DNA of 64,000 nt from Eledone cirrhosa (taxonomy: Eukaryota). Under the pieces are notes generated by a model. That model made no database searches. It had not been told where the DNA came from and saw only the letters and a program-made list of their open reading frames with translations. The position numbers and the translations under genes were made by a program. Location of the stretch: assembly GCA_964016885.1 (NCBI GenBank), contig OZ024755.1, positions 10,602,001 through 10,666,000 on the forward strand. Reading direction: 5' to 3'. Positions 55,103 to 64,000 of the stretch are shown here, in pieces (within the stretch, counting starts at the first letter, position 1; each line of letters starts with the position of its first letter).

Positions 55103-57457
55103 CGGTAAGAAGGAAAACGTATCGTAGTATTTCATTTTATCGATCGCAATAGGATAAAATCTACATTGACCTTGGATAGATTTGAACGATCAGAAATGGA
55201 ATGAATACCGACGTTCTGACCACTCTACCAATTGACTACCTTATAGACCTGGATACGGTTCAACGGATATTAATACATACACCAAGCGTAAAAATATGAA
55301 CAGTGGCTGAATCAAGATTCAGCTTGCAGTTAACCAATGGAAATTCTATACAGCATGAATGCAATTCGTTCTTTGTCTTTTCTTTATACGCTCGAATTCA
55401 CACATACACATATGTACGTATTGCAGCAGTTTACATGTGTTTTTCCTGATGCTATTTTGTATATTCAGCACAAAGTTTGAGGGTAAAACATTATCATTAG
55501 AAGCAATAGTAAGATATGCATTGAACAATTAATACCTTAGTGTATAGAGCTGCTATTGTTTTAAAACACTACCTGAAGTGTTCATGGTATGTCGAATCAC
55601 TCAACGTCAGCTGCAATGATAATAGAACTTCAGGAAAATATATAAACCTACGGCACATAATCGATTGTTTTGACACTCTCACCAGCTGTGTGGTAAACAA
55701 TAAATTCACTACACACCAACTGTATCCTATGGAGGAAATACAAAAACATGAGATTATACATTTCAAAATTCTAAAAGCATACTAATTCATTTAATAAATG
55801 TGAAAAACACCTCGCCAAAAATGACATTATCATGCTAAGGAGAGAACGTAAAATTGTTCATCTGATATACTTGCAAAAACAATGAAATCTCCATAAAATC
55901 ACAGCTTCTTGTTTTAAAAGCAGATTTATATATTAGATAATAATGTATTGAAAGCACACTACATAGAGAAAGATGATGACTGCAGTTTTAATGCTTCTTT
56001 TATCATTGATATATTCCTTCGATGTAAACCTGGGACTAACCAAACTTTCCTCTAAACAAGATTCTCTATAACAAAGGATGAAATTTAACAGCATCTCTGT
56101 AAAGTTACCTTACATTTTGGGAGTCTGAACGTAATAAATGATTTTAATGCCAATGGTTGAATACAGTAAAAAATGAATACTATACAAATGCCTTGAGCAA
56201 AGCCTGATCTATCGACTCCTAAACACCTCCCCAAATCTGTAGAAATCTGCCTAGTTCAACTGCACAAGAAATGGAATTAACAAGTGATACTGGTACGCAG
56301 TGTAGACTTTCACCAGAAAGTCACACGCATTACAGTTATTATGAAATACCAAATTCCATACTTAACACTGACACATATTGTAGAAATATAATCCTAACGT
56401 CTGTCTCTATGTTTTACATAAACTTGACAGAATCTATTCAAAGTTCTCCAGATGATTACTAGAAAATGCTGCAAAGAAGTGAATGATGTGATATACAGTA
56501 AAACTGTTTATGAACTATACTGCGCAGTTGGAAGTCGAAATAAACTAGCCACTACGATTTGTGACAGACTGGTTTCATTACAAAATATCGACTGACTCTG
56601 CTGGAATCATTACATTTAGCAAAAGTGCTTATTGTCTTAGCTGCTGCTATTCAAATTCTCACAAAGATTTAGTAAACCATGTTCACGTTTTAAAGTGAAA
56701 GTAAAACTATTACTTCTGATGTTGGATACTGGTATAAAACGTTGGCCTTAACCCGAAAACTACTGCCGTGCATCATAAAAGGTCTATGGAAATTCAAATT
56801 GCAAATTGACGTGACAAACTTGAGTAGCACAAAGCGAATCTGGCAACACGAATCTGGCAAAAAATATACTTCCAAAAATATTATATATGATTTACACACG
56901 CTGTTAAAATCAATTCCTCCAAATTCTCTGCTACAAAAAGTTTGAAAGCGGACAGTATTTCGATAGACAGAAGCATTTTATGAATGGTGCAACGTCGTTT
57001 GAAGTAAAAAAAAAATGAATTAGTATAGAAAACTAAACAAAATGGCATGATTACGAAATGTCGTCTGGCTCTGCTGGAAAGGTTACATTTAGCAAAAGTA
57101 CTTGTTGCCTTAGCTGCTGTTATTCAGAGTCACATACACATCTAATAATACAAGTTTACATTTGAAAGTGAAAGTAAAATACTTACCTCTGATATTATCA
57201 TTCTCCCAAAATGAATATTTCAATGTGACCGTCGTCTTCTGATTCTATTTCCTTTGACACTAAATATACTATACTACTGTCATATCCTTTATAAATATCC
57301 AGTAGTTACAACAAGGAAAAATGTAATCTATACGACTCTCGTACATTCGAAAGGAACTGACAATTTTTAAGGAAGAAGACCCTTCAGGTTAAATGGTTCA
57401 TGCAATATGTATCGCTGACTGTTTCCGTCAAGTCAATTTTATTCAGAATCTTGGCTC

Positions 57458-57635
57458 ATAATTGTTTCTACTTTTGGCACAAGGCCAGCAATTATCCCAG
57501 TGGTACTTTATTTTATCGACCCCGTAAGGTTGAAAGGCAAAGTTAACCTCGGCCGGATTTGAACTCAGACCATAAAGGGCCGTAACTCTTTGCTGAAAAG
57601 CATGGCGTCCGACCCTCTACCGATACTGCCAATAA
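57458..57635 (-). mobile_element. tRNA-derived SINE
   Basis: Reverse complement of the SINE consensus. Confidence 0.88.
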
Positions 57636-58369
57636 TTGAAACTTCCCAAGATGACACGCAATAGATTCGAAACCAAGAACTAATGATTGCGATGCGAAAT
57701 TCTTAACCATTCATCTTTGCTGCATGCACAAGAGAAATATGTTTCTAAAATATATGCGCATTTTAGAGCTACATTCCACTAAAATAATATATTTTATAAG
57801 TAAATGATACAATTACTAAGTATACATATAATGCAGAAAGACAAACAGAATAAAATAACTGATCTAAATGTAACTTTGGATCCCAAAAGACTGACTAATT
57901 TCAGAAGATATATTCTCAAAACGAAAAATATGTCAGACGTAGAGAAAGACTTAGAAAGAAATCAAAAACTTAAAAGAAAGAATAAAACATAACGAATACA
58001 AACTACATTAAAGAAAGTTAAGGAATACAATGAATGAGATTAAAAGCATTAAAACTATAAACTTCAAAAACATAAGCCGCCACAAAGATAGACATAGCAC
58101 GTGATAAACCAATGAAATAAGAAAACATAAATGCAATCATGAGAATGTCGAGAGAAACCAAAGAAAAATATAAACAAAATGTAATTTGAGAAGGATTTAA
58201 GAATAGAAATTCTGGATTTGACTGTAGAATATATCTGGAGTTATAATCGATAATACATAAGAATTAAAATCGATATTTGTATGAACCAATGATCGACCCT
58301 CTTCGAGATTGTCCTTCAATCTAACATTCCATGAGCCATGAATTATTGATGGAATTGATGGGTCATTTA

Positions 58370-58620
58370 AAATAGGCTGGGACATAGCCTATTTCTTCTG
58401 GTACACGATATGACGATATTCAGAAATGAATGTTGTGAAGCAAGATATACTTCGAAGGGCAAAACGAAAAAACAGGTGCCTTATAATCGAAGTATCATTT
58501 TCAACAGACGATAATGTGTTTTTCCAAAAAAACTGGCGAAATTATACTGGAAATAGAGATACTAAGAATGTGAGTACTGAGAATAGAAACTAACCCTATA
58601 ATGATTACTGGCTTCGAAAT
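58370..58620 (+). mobile_element. Decayed R4/Dong-clade RLE-domain fragment
   Basis: RCLIIEVSFSTDDNV and LEIEILRM*VLRIETNPIM (compare C.IIDV..P.D.NV...DLEIE..RMW). Confidence 0.65.
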
Positions 58621-58947
58621 ATGCAGACAAAAAGAGAAGGCAAGCATGACGGCATGACTGACCACAGAAATTCATCAACTACGCCATGTATAAGGTGACA
58701 TACCTTTGGTTATACAAACAAAACTTGAAAATACTTAAATGAATTCTACAAGAGGAATGGTTCACATGACATTTGTCGATTTGCTTAGTTTTTTTGTCTC
58801 ATGGAAGTTGCTTTGGTGCAGCTTTCTAAACATAATTTCATTATCATCTACAAAATTTCTGTATTGTATATAGCAATATTTAGAGTTATTTTCCTGCAGC
58901 TAAGGGTTACAACCAACAGGTTAACACTAAGTGAACGTGAATAATAA

Positions 58948-59170
58948 ATGTCTTGGTGGGTAGCCAAACAAACGTTTGCATATATATATGGCCTCAGGTC
59001 ATACGTTGCTTCAGATGATAAACAACTACAAATATTGCTACATACAGTACAGGAATTTAGATGTTTTAATAATGAAATTATGTTCAGAAAAATGCACCAG
59101 AGCAACTTCCAGGAGACAAAACTAATCAAATCCACTTTTATCATGTTACAGCCTAAGCAGCGCTAAATGC
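58948..59170 (+). mobile_element. Decayed R4/Dong-clade RT fragment
   Basis: YIYGLRSYVASDDKQLQILLHTVQEF (compare YMDDLKLYA..D.QL..LL.TV..F). Confidence 0.6.
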
Positions 59171-59439
59171 AGAATATAATGTAATAAGCGCCGATACTGT
59201 TGGCGCACAAGATATAAGTTGAAATATTCACAACTGAAAATTTTGAAAAGATTGAAAATAAAACAATAAAACTTTTATTTCAGATAGTATTTTTGTTGTT
59301 ATATTTTTGTGTGAAAGGACGTAGCTTAATAATTACAGTGTTGGACTCATGATCATAATATTGGGAGTTCTATTCCCGGCCCGATCTGGCCCTGCCCAAA
59401 CGGCCGATTATGTCATATATTATATATACATATTTATTC

Positions 59440-59730
59440 TCTTCCCGCCCTCTCAATATACATAACTTACTCTCTTCTTTCTCTCTCACTATATGTATCT
59501 TACTCGCTTCGCCTCTTAATAAATATAACTTACTCTCTTCCTCCTCTCCTAATATATATAATTAATTCTCTCCCTCTATATAAATCTAACTTACTCTCTC
59601 CCCTTCTTCCAATATACATAACCCATTCTCTTCCCCCTCTCTCAATATATCTACCTTACTCTATCCCACTCTCAAAATAGGTAATTAATTCTTTCCCCCT
59701 CTCTCTATATACCTAGCTTCTTTCTCAATA
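59440..59730. repeat. Degenerate CT-rich ~35-40 bp tandem repeat
   Basis: Recurrent CTCTCAATATA..TAACTTACTCTCTTC. Confidence 0.7.
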
Positions 59731-61029
59731 TCTCTTACGATCGCAAACCCAACACACTAACTTCTAAGGCATGCCCCATATTTTCAATATCTAAGGTTTA
59801 AAGTGTGTCTCAATGCTGGTGCTTATCCCGGTTTCCATGGCATGAAGAGACTCGGAGTACAAGATTCCTCCAGTCCATCACAAAGTTACCCCCCCCCCCC
59901 AGTTATTGCTTGCAAGAACACAACATGCAACCCAGCCCAGGAATCGAACCCACGACATTATGGACTAAAATATATAAATTCGCTGTATGTGCGCTTTCTT
60001 TTGGTGCTTTATTTGCCTAGATCCTATGATCGATTCTCAACTTAGTCGTTCGATCTGCATTTAATAGTCAACACATCACCCGTAAATCATAGCTAACCGT
60101 TTTCTTCAAAAATTAAAATTAGTTACTGGTTTTTGAAAGTCATTGACCATAGCTCAGCTCTGCTAAGGTTGAACACGGCCAAATAACAATGTCATCTATA
60201 GCAAACAACAATATATCAATATCAGATATTGATGCAATTGAACTAGACTTTGGTGAAAGTTCTTACTCGATTAAATTGACTCGGTTATGTTTCTAAAAAA
60301 TAATCTGTTTAATCCTAGAGTATTAGAATTAAAATATATATCGAAAAAATAAAAAGAAAGCAACTGTGATATTTTGAAGGCACCGCTTTGTCTGTTGAAA
60401 CGTGATACTAATACAATTATTAATGAAGTCAATAAAATTAATGACATCGAGCCAAGGAACTGTGTAGTCACTCATCTACTAAACATTCAAACCAAATATC
60501 TCTACAATCTTTACAAAGAAAGGGAGAATGTGTTCCTAGCTATACTATGTCTGAAAACAATGTCATGTTGTAGAAACACTTTATTCATGTTTGCTAAATA
60601 AACTACAAAGCTACTTATAAAACTGAGTATTTCTGGTATAAAAAATACAAACTAATATTTGGAAGACGAGCTTTTGTTAGACTGAGTCATTGTGGATGAA
60701 TCCTTAGACGATGAAGCATGCAGATGCTCGACGACCTGAATATCCGACTCTGAATTAACTTGAAATGGTTGTTTTCCGCAAACACGTGTATCCTCAAAAA
60801 ATTATCCAGCAGAAACAGTGTAGTTCAATATGTGACCATGTTGAACCTTTGAATTACAGGTACAAATCATCCGATAGGCTTCTATACAGTTTCCACTGAC
60901 CAAATTCCACTCACAAAGTTTGGGTTAAATCGGCGATATGTTAAAGATATTTTCTCAAATCCCCATGCATTGGACTCAAGCTATGTTGGATCAAACAGTC
61001 GTATAATAGACAGTAAATTATTATATACT

Positions 61030-61190
61030 TTACCCATCACGTTCTGAGTTCAAATCCCGCCGGGGTTAGCTTTGCCTTTCATCCTTACGGAGTCGATAAA
61101 ATAAAGTACCAGGCACGCACTGGGGTCGATTCAATTGACTTTCCCCTCTCCCAAACTTGCTGGCCTTGTGTCTAAATCAGAAATCATTAT
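61030..61190 (+). mobile_element. tRNA-derived SINE (long variant)
   Basis: SINE consensus including the GGGGTCGAT..GACTTTCCCC segment. Confidence 0.85.
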
Positions 61191-63872
61191 CTGCTTTCTT
61201 ATTTCATAGCTACATCAAATGTTACATTCTACTCGCTGCGTCCTTACTTGAATTCAGTAATTAGTAACTATTTGAAGTATATAAACACCATATCGTTATA
61301 TTTCTTGTAGCCATTTCCACAGCCTTGAGCTTCACATTATTTTAGTAGTTCGGTGTACTAAATAACTTCAATCCCTTGCTGTTTTCTACAAATCTACGTC
61401 TGACTGAAATGTACATACTTCCTATATAACACACGCTTTTAAGATAAATTAATTTCTCATGTCAAACCAAATAATTAATTACATTTAAATTTAAAACTTC
61501 TAATCAGGCAACTGATTATCCTTACTTTAATGAGACGAGCTACTCCAATTGACAAGTGATGATATCTAATCCCCCCCCCCCCCCCCTCCATCATCTTAAT
61601 TTTCTCATTCTTATGTCTTTTTCTTCTTTCTCGTTCTGTCTCATTTTATCCTTCAAAATATTTCCACCCTAATTTTCATTTCAAAATAAATAAAACGAAA
61701 GTAATTGATCCGTTATCAGTTACAAATTTGAGTATTCCAAGTAATCGATCTTCAGAAATACACTGTCACTGAATTATACATGATTTAGTATTGAACGTAT
61801 ATAACCATAGAGTAATGACCGGATAGACACAAAATCACATTATGTGTGGTAAAGTTCATTCGATATTTTCTTTGGATTTATAGCCCATCTCACAGGCTTC
61901 TACGTAGTTTCCTCAATGTTTGTATTGACCAATAGCTTAAGTTACTATGTTATGGTATTGAATCTGGGACCTAATGATTGTGAAACGAACTTTACCGCCA
62001 TTCAGTTAAGCCTGTGCGTAGTAAAACTATTCCCCCGATATGTATATGAAGCATTATACATGGACACAGAATGCCTGATAGAATCGTAAACATGCTGTCC
62101 TTTCACTTGGCCAGCGTTTCTTGGGCTTATTTAAACCTGGAGAAACCTATTCATCTACAAGACAATTTCCTCCATAGTACGAAAAGGAACACAAGAAGAA
62201 CGTACCCAACTACGAGACGTCTAAATTATTTATCGACCTCAAAGGAATGGAAGGCAAACCTGACCTAGCCAGGATTTAAATTAAGAGTATTAAGAACTGG
62301 AACAAATACCGTGAACTATTTTATCTGACGCCCGAACGACTCTGCCAGTTTGCTGCCTATGTAACATTCTTCTATAACATTTACTGACCTCCTGAAATTA
62401 TTTAAATGCTTCTCTCTTCCAATATTCTTTTCCTCTGCAATAAAAAAACAATGCCTCACAAAACTCTACATTTAAAATTAGAATTTAGATTTTAAATATT
62501 GTTACTAACTATAAACATTAGACGTATGTTTTACTGAAACGAATGTCATATTGCTTCCACAATAAAAAATATAAAACTGAAATATTTTCTTATTTACCTT
62601 TAAATATTAAATATGATGATAAAATGAGCGCACTCAACGTATTTCCACGAACCTCATATTAAATGTCCAAATATGGCTACTCATCTTGTATGTCAGTAAA
62701 TGTAACTCCAGCTTCAATCATCAGCGACTCATGATATTGATAAATAAGCAGCAACACCCAAATTGCTGCATGCTCAGCGAATGTGGCCATTCGAGTATTA
62801 TGCTATTGTTTAGAAATAAATACACATCCGGTTACAAGCGGTTTGTCTGGAATTTCGTGATGAAAAATATGTGTTTGCATTTGTAAATTGTTTGATGGGT
62901 TTTGAAGAGACTTGGAATGAATAAAGCTTTTGAAGTAAACTACTTTCGACATTACTTTGCTAAAATTCATTTGTTTGTTTATTTATTTTGTTAATTATAT
63001 TTATAATTTTATACTATAGCATGTTCTATTAAGAGAGTTAATGTGGGATTATATTGTAGCAAGTGTTTAAATAATTTAATTGTATGAGTTTTGTTCAGTC
63101 TTTGTTTCATTTGCGTATCGTTGTTTTCTATGGCCAACACACTTAGCTCCCATGAAATTTAGTGATATTCCTACAGGATGAACAAAAATATAATTTACAG
63201 CTTTTGCCAATGCAAGTTTAGTTGACATCATATGAGTTTGCATGAAATTACTTGGGTGTTGTTATGATAGAGATTCTAGGCATATCTACAAGAGCTCAAT
63301 TGGGACGAAACAACAAATAATATTCCCGTCATATATATAAACTTTAATCTGTTATTTTAATATATATATATATATATTAAAATAACAGATTTAAGTTTAA
63401 GCAAAGAATCGCTAGTTGACCGTGTCTCTCGCCTTATTGTTCCGGACGTTAAATGAGTAAAGTATTAAAATTCGAATATGTAAAACAGTACCATATTGAA
63501 CACAAGAATTATAACCAATGAATGTTAGATTTATTGAAATTCTACCATGTGATGTAATGGTTAGTGGTGGGCTTACGAAGTTCGATTCTCGAGATGGGTG
63601 GTGCGTTGTATGCTTGAGAAACATTTTTTCATATTGCATTTGAAAGGGTTTTGAAGAGACTTGTCACATAACGTCAAATTGAATCTACTTGAGAAATACG
63701 TTATGGTGCACGTGTCTATGGAATGCTCGGCAATTTACACGTTAATATCACCAGTAGGCAGTTCCGTTGATTTGTTCAACTAGAGCACTCATCGTCGGAA
63801 ACGACGGAAATCCAATAATATAGCCACAATATGGATAACTTAAGAGTTAAATAGAACTTGTGAAGACTTGTA

Positions 63873-63909
<37 letters not shown>

Positions 63910-64000
63910 TGTGTGTGTGCGTGCGTGCGTGTAGCTTGATGGCCCTTGCCAAAGATTCCGTGTACAATCTAAATAATTTGAGATTGTGTAACAATTGTTT

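Noticed and set aside
53896-55152. 418 aa R/E-rich and 411 aa L/S-rich ORFs
   Set aside because: Translations of a GA minisatellite.
60708-60735. GATGA-AGCAT-GCAG-ATGCT hammerhead-like stem
   Set aside because: Lacks CUGA and GAAA core nucleotides.

Overview
Very AT-rich animal genomic DNA. The SINE, LINE and microsatellite content points to an octopod cephalopod (inference). I found no supportable host protein-coding exon. About 12 kb (1870-13650) is a compound (TA)n/(TACA)/(TATG) array, which generates all the long 'YIYI' ORFs. Embedded in it are a 5'-truncated CR1-clade LINE with a recognisable RT and a ~600 bp bipartite non-autonomous RTE derivative. The rest holds many tRNA-derived SINE copies, decayed mariner, pogo, R4/Dong and APE-LINE fragments, minisatellites, and one intact-looking minimal type I hammerhead ribozyme (20438-20481, minus). 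The most unusual signal is a family of small non-coding, (TA)n-embedded 'tail + long hairpin' elements (13651, 31415, 45672, 52322; distant relative at 31213). Their hairpin arms differ between copies but stay self-complementary, and two copies have the loop in opposite (flip/flop) orientations. They are linked to a 'ATGACCCTCCCAAAGTATAACAA(TA)n' motif that sits at array starts, at an array polarity switch, at a fold-back junction and around a captured 115 bp inverted copy of neighbouring DNA. This could reflect a Penelope-like, RT-driven end-extension and fold-back system that builds TA arrays (hypothesis).
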